Below are positions 8,222-17,362 of a stretch of 58,316 nucleotides of DNA, piece after piece (position 1 is the stretch's first letter; each line of letters starts with the position of its first letter). A program made the translations under genes and the position numbers. The DNA is from an uncultured Oligoflexus sp. (GTDB lineage: Bacteria > Bdellovibrionota_B > Oligoflexia > Oligoflexales > Oligoflexaceae). Location of the stretch: contig CAXSGP010000016.1 in assembly GCA_964236955.1 (NCBI GenBank), forward strand, positions 1-58,316. The letters are read 5' to 3'. Below the pieces are notes generated by a model. The model made no database searches and was not told the origin of the DNA. It was given only the letters and a program-made list of their open reading frames with translations.

Positions 8222-11200
8222 GTGGCTTTTTTAAATCGAGTCCCTAAACAGGATGTTGAAAGCGGCTTGACCTTCCGCCTGGATAAAGACTTTAAATTCC
8301 TCCTGACCCGCATTCCTCTACCGGAGGGAATCGATGTATATGTACTCGAAAACAAAGGCAAAAACGAACGCATCATTATCCCGCGCGAACTCTTCGACCG
8401 CTTTCGGGCAACGGTAAGTCACTTTCTCCGTGACTACAGTCAAGCCAGCGGCAATGAGCAGGAGCTTGAGAAATTCGCCTATTTCAGGGAAAAAGAAGTC
8501 TACAAGATCCGGACCATGATCGGCGATGGCAGCAAAATCATCATCCATGACGCTATCAAGTTGCGTGGCTCCTCTGGCTTCCTCACCGTTCCGGTCGATG
8601 CCTTGGATGGGTTATGCAAACTCTTTTATCAGGACAGTTTAAAGCACACGAGTGAAGTCTTTGAACGGCTGGTCCGGTATCACAAGCTCTTTCAATTCTC
8701 TTTTACCACGGGAAGTGAAAGCATCAGCAGCCAGCTTTCACTCAGGCGAGACGTCCTATCGCAGATCGATGAGTATGTGCCCATGATGCGTTCCAAAGGG
8801 AACGAACGCCGACCCGATCAGCAAAACGACAAGGATGCGGTGCTTGATATTGAAGGCGTCTTGGGCGACAAGACCGATAAGAAAAACCAGACTGGAAAAT
8901 TCAAGCCCAAGCTCGGTCAGAGGGACGACGAAAAATCCTATACTGTCGACTATGGGACACTCTTTCAGAACGGCCCGTCGTCAGCGCCGGAAAAGCTGAA
9001 GTCAGCTGATGATCAGACCAAACGTGGGGCTGGCGCAACGGCTAAGACTTTTCCATTGCCAATCAAAAGTTCCGATATCAAAGCCCTCAGCAAAGTCCCA
9101 TTTCCCTGTGAGCTGACCAGTGAGGAAGCGACCTATCTCAGAGAAGCATTTCTTCAGGATCGAAGTTCAGAACTCTACCTCGGCTTTGAAATGATGGATG
9201 CGATCTTCAAGGCTGAAGGGAAGATGAAGACCTTTCGTTTTCCTCTCTATTATATGAAAGTGACCATTGAAGAGTCAGGGCGCTTGATACTCATCCATCC
9301 TAGCCGGCGTGCTGAGATCTATTTAAACCACCTGGCTCTCACCGCCCTGGTGGAGGGGTTCTCGGTCGAAACCGTCAGCGGAATCGACCCATTAGAACAG
9401 TTTTATCAAAACCTCACCTCGCAAAAGATTGAGATCCGTGGCCGGATGCTGGACATCTCCATCCATAGACAACTGCCGGTCCTTGAGGATGTGTTTGAAA
9501 AAACGCGTGATATCCTGCTCGGTGGTCCTGGTGAGAATGGCAAGGGCGGTATACTCGGCAATTTGAAGCTGATCGGCATCGAATGTGACCTCGATTCCGT
9601 CGCCCTCTATAAATCCTCGGGCACCGCTTCGCCGGTCGTGCAGGCCCTTGAAAAGGATATTGATAGAATACAATTGGTAGCTGAGGAATATCCAGAGCGC
9701 TTCTATCGTTCGCTCCTTGGGCAATTCTTAACCCCCGAGATGAAAAACCATGCTGAAAAGCCAAAACCTTTCTACAATACCATTTATTGTCCCGGTGCTT
9801 TGCCTCAATCGACTCACGAGCTTTTTGACAAGCTCAATCATAATGAAATCGTCCTGCTTGAAGGCCCGCCGGGCACGGGCAAGACCTTTGCAATCATGAA
9901 TCTTTTGATTCATTGCGTCAATACCGGACAAAGGCTTTTGGTCGTTAGCGATCAAAAGGCGGCAATTCACGCTCTTGATGAAAAGCTCCAGGAGTTTTTG
10001 CTGGGCACGGACTATCAGTCGACGGCCGCCCGAAGCCGCATGACCCTCTATCGCCAGGCGATCAAACTTGTCGATCAGCTTCCGGAGGGCCAGGCATCGC
10101 TCAGCCAATGGATAATTACCCTTGCAGAATGCCTGGCGATGGACAACAGCCGCGAGCTTGAAGCGGAACGGACGACCACTGAAATCCGCGAAGAAATAAT
10201 GGCCATCGACGCGAAGATGCAAACGATCCGCGAGCAGATCCAAGAACGCATGAACCTCCAGCTCAATGGCGGAGAGCATCGCCGACTGGTGGCGCCAAAG
10301 CATGTTCATCCCACAACTCAAGAGGATATCAAGGACTTTATTGCGTTTCTTGACTACACGGGGGCTGGCCGGGTTGAAAAGAAGGTCGCGACTCTGAAGA
10401 ATCAACCTCATTCGCAGATCGTACAAAAATTTGTAAGGGACCTGGCCGTTCTTGCCACAAAACCCTTTATCAGCGCCTACCCATTTTTCGCCATCGATCC
10501 TCTCCACATGGAAGAGGATTCCAAAAGAGTGGTGCTTGCCCTCCAGCTGGTTGAAAACCTCTTACGCAATAAAGTGCGCGCTCAAACCGTCCTGGACAGT
10601 TTATTGGTTCAACAAGAGCCATCGCCGCTGATTGTTGCCATGAGGGAGCAATGGCAATCCGTCTTTCCAGAGCAGGAATGGGTGGGCTTCCGACTGGCGC
10701 GAAAGCTTTGGAGTCTCGTTCGTCATCCGAGCCGCAAATTCCTGACGACGCTCTGGCAGATTCTCGACCATCAAAAAATGATGCTTCAGTCCTTGACGAA
10801 AATAGAGGAAGGCATCAGGGTAGCCCGTCAGCTTCAGGGCATGCACGAAGCCATGAATCCCCAGAAGTCGGTTGCCCCCTCGCTAGCCCTCGAAGCCTCG
10901 ACCTTTGCGCAGCTTGCTTTTGAAAATAAAGATTTTTCGCTGCAGACCTCTTTGAACCAGTTACGGGAATTGCAAAATAGCCGCGATATCGCCGTTAAGG
11001 AACTCTTTCTCGCCCGCATGGCCCGTATTGTTCAAACAGGTCGGGCCAAGGATAAGGAAAATCCGACCAGTTCGTGGACCACGGTTGAAACCCTTTTGCA
11101 GGGCTTAAGGGAATGCACATCCATCGAGACCGGCGTTGGTGCTATTCTGCTTCATGACCTGCAAATCGTCCTCGTCCAAAGCTTTCCCGTCTGGGTCTGC

Positions 11201-12562
11201 AGAAAGCAGGCCGTATCCTTCCTTTTCCCGCCTAAAGAACGTCTTTTTGATCTCGTTATCATAGACGAGGCCGGGCAATGCCGGGTGGACGATGCCATTC
11301 CCTTGCTTTATCGTGCGAAGAAATTAATGGTAGTCGGCGATGATAAGCAGACTGTCCTCGACAAGAATTCTCCCGTGGATGATTTCCTGTTTCAGGCCTT
11401 CAATCTGGAGGATCATTTGCGTCAAACTCAAGCGCGTGGCATGAAGGGTGGCGGGTCCCATATTTTTGGCCTCGTCAAATCAATTAAGCAGGCGGAGGTC
11501 ATGCTGGATGAACACTTTCGCTGCCCGGCGGCAATCATTCACTATTCCAATAAATATGTCTACGCGTCTCAGCTCAAGGTCATGCAGTGGGAGCATGCCG
11601 ATATGCAAGCGGCGGTCGTTGTCAATTACGTTGAAAAGAATGAAACCGAGCACAACAAACCGACGAATGGAAAATTCAAAGACATTGAGACTGATCTCAT
11701 CGATCGCTTCTTCAACTACGTGGGCAACACGATTAAAAAAATTGAGAAGGATCTCGGCCGGCAGATCAATCTGGAAACAGAGGTCGCCCTCTGCTATTTC
11801 CTCCTGAAGAACGAACCTTATTTTAAGGAGAAAAAACCGGAATTCCTTCTTAAAATGGGTCGGGGTAAAGATGTTCTTGACGGTGCTGGCGCAGCCTTGC
11901 AGGGTAAGGAGAGAAATTTCATCTTCTATCTTTGGGATGTGAATAAAGGCAACATGCGATCGTTTCGTCAGGGCGATGAACCCGACAAACGCCGGGGTGA
12001 ACTCAACGTGTTGATGAGCCGACCGAAGATCCGTGCCTATCACTACCTGCATTCCGGCTTTGAAACCTTGAAACACGACTCGGCGTCGATCACCGACTAT
12101 CTGTGGTCGGTTTACAGCACCCAGAAGGTTAAGAAATCGCAGGAGATATTTGAGCCGCGAAAGAAGCGCCCTGGCGCGGAATATCGGCCCTGGCAGAGGT
12201 CCAGCGGAGAATTGATTCGGGCGATCTTAAATCAGATTCTCGCCATCAGGCATGGGGATAAATTCCAGGCCTTGATCGAACATGGGCAGGCCAGCGTTGT
12301 CGTCGGTGATCCGAGGCGCAAAATCGATTTGATGCTGCTTGCCTCCCATCCGAAGCAGAGATCCCTGGGCATCGTCGATCTTTCTACCTTTGAGTACGAA
12401 AAGCAGAGTGCTCTCGCCATCACGGATTACTACTTTCAGCTTATGCGGGCCCGCCCCGCCGTAGAACCGATCTTTGTATTTGTTCATGAACTGGCTGATG
12501 AACGCTCCGCGAGTTTTCAATACCTATTGCAAAGAATGGAAGAGCTGCAAGACGGCGAGTAG
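8222..12562 (+). CDS. Large SF1 (UPF1/Dna2-like, AAA_11/AAA_12) helicase with DUF4011-like region and degenerate C-terminal restriction-endonuclease-like domain
   Basis: GPPGTGKT, IIDEAGQ, VGDDKQ, HFRC, LQGKE, NVLMSRPK; ELYLGF..FPLYYMKV resembles DUF4011; C-terminal KIDLML...LGIVD. Confidence 0.88.
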   Translation: MAFLNRVPKQDVESGLTFRLDKDFKFLLTRIPLPEGIDVYVLENKGKNERIIIPRELFDRFRATVSHFLRDYSQASGNEQELEKFAYFREKEVYKIRTMIGDGSKIIIHDAIKLRGSSGFLTVPVDALDGLCKLFYQDSLKHTSEVFERLVRYHKLFQFSFTTGSESISSQLSLRRDVLSQIDEYVPMMRSKGNERRPDQQNDKDAVLDIEGVLGDKTDKKNQTGKFKPKLGQRDDEKSYTVDYGTLFQNGPSSAPEKLKSADDQTKRGAGATAKTFPLPIKSSDIKALSKVPFPCELTSEEATYLREAFLQDRSSELYLGFEMMDAIFKAEGKMKTFRFPLYYMKVTIEESGRLILIHPSRRAEIYLNHLALTALVEGFSVETVSGIDPLEQFYQNLTSQKIEIRGRMLDISIHRQLPVLEDVFEKTRDILLGGPGENGKGGILGNLKLIGIECDLDSVALYKSSGTASPVVQALEKDIDRIQLVAEEYPERFYRSLLGQFLTPEMKNHAEKPKPFYNTIYCPGALPQSTHELFDKLNHNEIVLLEGPPGTGKTFAIMNLLIHCVNTGQRLLVVSDQKAAIHALDEKLQEFLLGTDYQSTAARSRMTLYRQAIKLVDQLPEGQASLSQWIITLAECLAMDNSRELEAERTTTEIREEIMAIDAKMQTIREQIQERMNLQLNGGEHRRLVAPKHVHPTTQEDIKDFIAFLDYTGAGRVEKKVATLKNQPHSQIVQKFVRDLAVLATKPFISAYPFFAIDPLHMEEDSKRVVLALQLVENLLRNKVRAQTVLDSLLVQQEPSPLIVAMREQWQSVFPEQEWVGFRLARKLWSLVRHPSRKFLTTLWQILDHQKMMLQSLTKIEEGIRVARQLQGMHEAMNPQKSVAPSLALEASTFAQLAFENKDFSLQTSLNQLRELQNSRDIAVKELFLARMARIVQTGRAKDKENPTSSWTTVETLLQGLRECTSIETGVGAILLHDLQIVLVQSFPVWVCRKQAVSFLFPPKERLFDLVIIDEAGQCRVDDAIPLLYRAKKLMVVGDDKQTVLDKNSPVDDFLFQAFNLEDHLRQTQARGMKGGGSHIFGLVKSIKQAEVMLDEHFRCPAAIIHYSNKYVYASQLKVMQWEHADMQAAVVVNYVEKNETEHNKPTNGKFKDIETDLIDRFFNYVGNTIKKIEKDLGRQINLETEVALCYFLLKNEPYFKEKKPEFLLKMGRGKDVLDGAGAALQGKERNFIFYLWDVNKGNMRSFRQGDEPDKRRGELNVLMSRPKIRAYHYLHSGFETLKHDSASITDYLWSVYSTQKVKKSQEIFEPRKKRPGAEYRPWQRSSGELIRAILNQILAIRHGDKFQALIEHGQASVVVGDPRRKIDLMLLASHPKQRSLGIVDLSTFEYEKQSALAITDYYFQLMRARPAVEPIFVFVHELADERSASFQYLLQRMEELQDGE

Positions 12563-12794
12563 GCTCCTGTCTTTCGCGGCCTTGCGCCGAATCTCGTTGC
12601 CAAGTACCAATTAACGGCAGATATTTCTGTCGCTATTTGGGCTTTTCTATGCAGAAATTGCCCTGTGCATTCTGCAGTCTGCGCCCCCTAGCGGCACTTA
12701 TTTCTACACATTACTATAAGTAATGAACCCATCAATCATTGTGCCGACGCCCTTGGCACTTCGGCCAAGGTCCACAGTTCGAAAGGAGAACGTG

Positions 12795-13832
12795 ATGCTT
12801 CATCGCGCCCGCAGTCTTTTAACCTTCCTGAGTTTCTGTATGGTCTTAAGCGCCAGCCTTTATGCCGAAGATACCCCAAACCCCTGGGAATGGCACGCGG
12901 TGAAGGGCACCGTCTGTAGAGATGGAAGCGAAGCGGGATATTTCCTAAAACGCCGCGTGTTTGATGAACGAGTCGTGATGCTGCTTGGACCTGGGGGGGC
13001 CTGTTTCAATGTGCTTACCTGCGAATTGAATCCACGATCCGTTGGCAACCAATTTCCTAAGGACCTGGGAATCTTTGCCCAGCGCGACGACAATCCAGTG
13101 CGAGACTGGAATCAGATCTATGTCCCCTACTGCAGCGGCGATAACTTTGGTGGCAACCGCTCGGACGTTTTCATTTTGGGAATGCTCAAAAAGCAAAACT
13201 TCCTAGGGCATAAGAATTTGAAACTCATTCTGGACGACGTCGCCGCAACGCTGCCAACGATGGAGCATCTGGTATTCGGGGGAATGAGCGCCGGTGGGTT
13301 TGGATCCATCCTCAATTATGTCGACGTCCGCAAGCGTTTTCCTCAGGTGCCCGTCACACTTTTGGATGATAGCGGTGTTCCCCTTGAAGATGAATTCATC
13401 GCCCCTTGCCTGCAAAAGCGCTTTCGAACGACCTGGGGACTCAATGAATCCTTTCCTGAAGAATGCGAGGACTGCCGTCCCGCCAATGGTGGAGGCATGG
13501 TGAATCTGGTCAGACATATTCGTGAGGAATACGGTGACTTTCAGCAGGGCGCGATTATGAGCAAGGAGGATAATGTTTTGCGTTTCTTTTTTGGTTATTC
13601 CAAGAATAGCTGCAATACGCTTTTGCCCGGAATGCCAGCCCAAGAGTATGCCAGAGGCCTGGAGAGCCTTCGTCAGAACTATTTTCAGGGAAGCATGAAG
13701 ACCTTTATTATCCCGGGATCGCAGCACACTTTCATCAATTCTGCGAGTTTTTACACGATGACTGTGGATGGACAGACCCTGGCTTCGTGGGTTGGGGATC
13801 TGATAGCCAATCGCGCGGAAAGTCGATACTAA
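12795..13832 (+). CDS. Pectinacetylesterase/Notum-family secreted esterase
   Basis: Signal peptide; CRDGS, GGAC, YVPYCSGD, GMSAGG nucleophile elbow; AAGGAG SD. Confidence 0.88.
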   Translation: MLHRARSLLTFLSFCMVLSASLYAEDTPNPWEWHAVKGTVCRDGSEAGYFLKRRVFDERVVMLLGPGGACFNVLTCELNPRSVGNQFPKDLGIFAQRDDNPVRDWNQIYVPYCSGDNFGGNRSDVFILGMLKKQNFLGHKNLKLILDDVAATLPTMEHLVFGGMSAGGFGSILNYVDVRKRFPQVPVTLLDDSGVPLEDEFIAPCLQKRFRTTWGLNESFPEECEDCRPANGGGMVNLVRHIREEYGDFQQGAIMSKEDNVLRFFFGYSKNSCNTLLPGMPAQEYARGLESLRQNYFQGSMKTFIIPGSQHTFINSASFYTMTVDGQTLASWVGDLIANRAESRY

Positions 13833-14494
13833 GCGCTGGTGAATGGGATGAATCAAAGTAAGGATAGCTTAGGGGAGTGAGCACCCCGCTCTGCCGTTAA
13901 AGCATTCGTCTTTGATTTTCACAAATTTCCGGCCCTAGGAATTCTATCGCTTCCTGAGGCCGCTTCCTTTTCCTTTGGATAGATCGATACCGCTGCCTTC
14001 ACGCCTGATAAAAATCCTCTGCCGATTTTCCTCTCCCGACAGCCCAGTCTCAAGTGGGCGGGAATTGTTCAAACCCGTCGCGCTCATTCAGCCAGGCCCT
14101 GGTATCTTTTGAGAGCACCCATGACAACCGGACGGCTTTCTGGAAATGCGGTCTGCAAATCTTTCTGTAAAGAGTCGGGTGGGTTTGGTTGATTCTCGAC
14201 GAGAAGCCAGTAGCCATTTTTTTTGAAGCGCTTGGAATAGAACCTTGGTCCATGGTTCGTCCGATTTCTATAGATGCCTGGTCTTAGCTTTTCTTCTTCG
14301 TCTATATTGCCGGTAAGGAAATTATTTTTTATTTTTTTTGCGGTCGAATTTCGCGCCGGATGCCCCTTGGGACGCGATTGAGAAGACTATGACCTCCTAA
14401 TCCTTTTTGGCTACATGCATCTGTTATTACCAGCGAAAGATCGCTCAAAAACCTCTATTTCGGTCTTGATTTTGAGCTTTCCTCCCACCGTGAC

Positions 14495-14521
14495 TCGACC
14501 TTTCAAAGTGATCGCCGATAA
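14495..14521 (+). promoter_or_regulatory. sigma28/FliA-like promoter
   Basis: TCGA-N15-GCCGATAA (perfect -10 element) upstream of the ice-binding protein gene. Confidence 0.55.
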
Positions 14522-14636
14522 GCTTTATGTTATGTCATGATGCTTCATCCTAAGTTAACCAAGTTCCTCCGAAGCCCGCTCCATAACATCTGATTGACAA
14601 GTTTCGGTATCGCAACAAATTTTAGAGGATGAAAAA

Positions 14637-15533
14637 ATGAAAAGTTTAACGAAAAAGTCTATTACACTCATATCCGGCATTGTCCTTTCCTTGTCCTACT
14701 TTGGCTGCGGAGCTGATGATCAAAATCCAGCGACTCAGGTCCCGCAAACCAACAGGTCCTATACGAAAGCCCTTACCAACGATATCAATGATCGCACAGG
14801 AACCGCGACTGAAGGTCAGGCTGACGGGAACGTTAGCGCGGAAGCCATCGCAGCTAAAGGACCAAGTCCTGTGGAATTGGGAACCGCAGGTGGGTTTGCG
14901 ATTTTAGCGAAAGCTGGGATCACAACCACTGGTCCCACCTCGATAGCCGGGAATATCGGGATTAGCCCAGCGGCTCATACTAACATGACTGGATTTTCCG
15001 AAACCCTCGACGCAAGCAACATCTTTGCTACTTCCCCTTTGGTAACGGGCAAGATTTTCGGCGCGGATTTGGCTCTTCCCACTCCACCGAATCTCACCAA
15101 AAACGTCGCTGATATGGAAACTGCCTATACTAATGCAGCGGGCCGTGTGAATGCCGATTTTATAGAGCTTGGTATCGGCAACATAAGCGGTAAGACCTTG
15201 GTTCCCGGCCTCTACAAATGGAGTTCTGGCGTTCTTATCAACTCTGACATTACTCTGGAAGGTGGACCGAATGACGTTTGGATCTTTCAAATTGCGCAAA
15301 CCGTAACGGTTGCAAGCGGCGTTCATGTGACCCTGAGCGGAGGCGCACTTCCTAAGAATATCTTCTGGGCCGTGGCAGAACAGGTCGTCCTTGGCACGAG
15401 TTCAGCGTTTAAAGGCAACATTTTAGGTAAAACTCAGATTGTCATACAAACAGGAGCTTCCTTGAATGGTCGAGCCTTGGCGCAGACCGCTGTAACCTTG
15501 GATTCTGTCAAAGTGACAAAGCCTACGCCATGA
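14637..15533 (+). CDS. Ice-binding protein (DUF3494 / IBP-1) lipoprotein
   Basis: YFGC lipobox; PVELGTAGGFAILAK.GI, AY.NAAGR, PGLYKW, WIFQI, NIFWAV, GRALAQTAVTLD. Confidence 0.95.
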   Translation: MKSLTKKSITLISGIVLSLSYFGCGADDQNPATQVPQTNRSYTKALTNDINDRTGTATEGQADGNVSAEAIAAKGPSPVELGTAGGFAILAKAGITTTGPTSIAGNIGISPAAHTNMTGFSETLDASNIFATSPLVTGKIFGADLALPTPPNLTKNVADMETAYTNAAGRVNADFIELGIGNISGKTLVPGLYKWSSGVLINSDITLEGGPNDVWIFQIAQTVTVASGVHVTLSGGALPKNIFWAVAEQVVLGTSSAFKGNILGKTQIVIQTGASLNGRALAQTAVTLDSVKVTKPTP

Positions 15534-15551
15534 ACCGGCTTAAAAATTAAG

Positions 15552-15588
15552 AAAGCAATCAAGATGCCGTAGGGCATCTTTGCTTTTT
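15552..15588 (+). terminator. Intrinsic terminator
   Basis: AAAGCAA..AAGATGCC-gtag-GGCATCTT-TGCTTTTT. Confidence 0.7.
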
Positions 15589-15713
15589 GCTGCAAACTTT
15601 CTCCAAACAAAGATTTCCAATCCCCCTCTCAAATTATATGGTGCTCACCAGTGCCTCGCGATTGATACAAGGCTCTGCCCACTTTGAGTTCATCGTGACT
15701 TATACAAGGGAAT

Positions 15714-16502
15714 TTGAGAATGGCTGAGAAACCTGGCTTTTTAAACTTCACAGTCGATCATATGACACTTTTGCTTGATCCCAAGCTTTATACGATTGCT
15801 TATGCGCTCTTCCGTATTATTTTCGGAACTCAGCCAGAAGATCTACTCTATGAAAAGCGCCGAGCTGGGAAAAATGGCAATAAAGACGTGTCAATGACCT
15901 TCGCTACCCGCGTCGGTCAATGGAACCCCAAAGACGGCGATCCTCTCAACACAATCTTCGCCATCGTTCAGCCCTCAGAAGCGGCTCATGAACCTTCGCA
16001 CGTTCGTGCCATGCTTGACGGCCACCAACAGGTCGCCCACTGGCAGCACATTGCTCTTCGCACGCCTGATCTTATCTCTTTTCATAAGCACGCCCTGGAA
16101 CGTGGCGTACAGTTTGTGACCCCTATTCTCAAAGACGATCATGACAACCTGATTCAAGTCTTTTCAGGCGAATGGTACTTCCCCGGCAGCCAACCCTCGG
16201 GCCTCTTCTTTGAGTTCCTTCAAAGAGATCCTAGCGAAGGTGAGCTGGCCGAGATCCAAAAGAGCAACAAACAAACCTGGTTCCGTGATGAGACTTTCCT
16301 CGGCCTTTATGGCGAGAAGGAACGCGAGTACCAATCGGGCAAGGTGATTCCCTTTGTGTCGGAAGAACTTTTCGCGGCGCTTTCCCAAAAGATTGGCGAC
16401 AAGCAGGTTTGGGATATTTCCGAGCTGGAATTGGTCGAGCTTGAGACGATTATGCTTGATATGACAGCAAAAAATCATAAGCAATCGAAAGTAGCTGAGT
16501 AG
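15714..16502 (+). CDS. VOC-family protein resembling the C-terminal catalytic domain of 4-hydroxyphenylpyruvate dioxygenase
   Basis: VDHM, QHIALRT.D, LIQVF, LFFEFLQR: His/His/Glu metal triad; start may be ATG at 15720. Confidence 0.75.
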   Translation: MRMAEKPGFLNFTVDHMTLLLDPKLYTIAYALFRIIFGTQPEDLLYEKRRAGKNGNKDVSMTFATRVGQWNPKDGDPLNTIFAIVQPSEAAHEPSHVRAMLDGHQQVAHWQHIALRTPDLISFHKHALERGVQFVTPILKDDHDNLIQVFSGEWYFPGSQPSGLFFEFLQRDPSEGELAEIQKSNKQTWFRDETFLGLYGEKEREYQSGKVIPFVSEELFAALSQKIGDKQVWDISELELVELETIMLDMTAKNHKQSKVAE

Positions 16503-16540
16503 GCTCTGTCGATCACAGTCAGCCCCTTGGCAAATGGAAT

Positions 16541-16580
16541 AGAAAAAGCGCTGGTGATTGGATTCACCAGCGCTTTTTCT
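16541..16580. terminator. Bidirectional intrinsic terminator
   Basis: AGAAAAAGCGCTGGTGA / TCACCAGCGCTTTTTCT perfect inverted repeat between convergent genes. Confidence 0.9.
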
Positions 16581-16598
16581 TAGGTCTGGCGTTGACGA

Positions 16599-16835
16599 TC
16601 AAATGATCTCAACACCAGCCAGGCTTGAGGTATGAACAGTATTGCATCCGCAGGTTCTGCGACCAGCTGACTGGAAGAGACCGCTGCAGTTAAGACATGT
16701 TCTGGTCTTAATCTCGATGGTACTCAGTCCCATAAGGCGACGAGCTTTGTTCTGTTGCTCAATCTCTTTGATCACAGCGACAGGCAAAAGTTTGATCTTG
16801 TTAGAAATTACTGTTTCTTGGGCAAGCGAATCCAT
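16599..16835 (-). CDS. Small hypothetical protein with CxxC...CxC putative zinc site
   Basis: GAGG SD; RTCLNCSGLFQSAGRRTCGC. Confidence 0.7.
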   Translation of the reverse strand: MDSLAQETVISNKIKLLPVAVIKEIEQQNKARRLMGLSTIEIKTRTCLNCSGLFQSAGRRTCGCNTVHTSSLAGVEII

Positions 16836-16933
16836 GGATGACCTCTTGGAAGCTAATCACACTCTTCTGACACCGCATATCTACTCGAAGCCGAGCGGGC
16901 ACGCTTGTCCATTTTTGCGTATCAGACTGCGAA

Positions 16934-17308
16934 TTAGCTTTTTATTACGGCGACACCGACGAGTAGCCAGGCGACTATAAAAGCCAGTCCGCCGACAGGG
17001 GTAACGGCACCCCAAGTTCTTACTCCAGTGAACACCAAAGTGTAAAGACTGCCGGAAAAAACAAGTATGCCAAGCACAAATGCCCATCCGGCAAACTTGA
17101 CTAGCGAAGAGTCCATTTTGGAGGCCAAAAACCCCACAAACAGCAACGCCAGCGCATGGTAGATCTGATAGCGAACCCCAGTCTCGAAAATCCCAAGATC
17201 CTCGACCGATAAGCGCCCTTTCAAGGCATGGGCACCGAAGGCACCTAGACCAACCCCCAAAGCCGCAAAGAACGAGCCCAGGGCTGTCCAAAGAGTCCAA
17301 TTCATCAA
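16934..17308 (-). CDS. DUF423 (YgdD/TMEM256) membrane protein
   Basis: LGAFGAH, YQIYHALAL, FSGSLY, TPVGG. Confidence 0.93.
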   Translation of the reverse strand: MMNWTLWTALGSFFAALGVGLGAFGAHALKGRLSVEDLGIFETGVRYQIYHALALLFVGFLASKMDSSLVKFAGWAFVLGILVFSGSLYTLVFTGVRTWGAVTPVGGLAFIVAWLLVGVAVIKS

Positions 17309-17362
17309 ACATCCTCGTTAAGAAGCAGCCCTCACCCTAGGATCAAGGGACGATCACAGATC

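Noticed and set aside
5687..12562. Calling the operon canonical Zorya type I/II or a normal flagellar motAB locus
   Set aside because: No ZorA tail, no SNF2/Mrr or HNH effector, and no flagellar genes nearby; reported as a distinct candidate instead
14050..14386. Small minus-strand ORFs (14050-14253, and a stop-free frame 14084-14386 near an AGGAGG)
   Set aside because: No well-placed start codon or recognisable family; might be a gene remnant but cannot be supported
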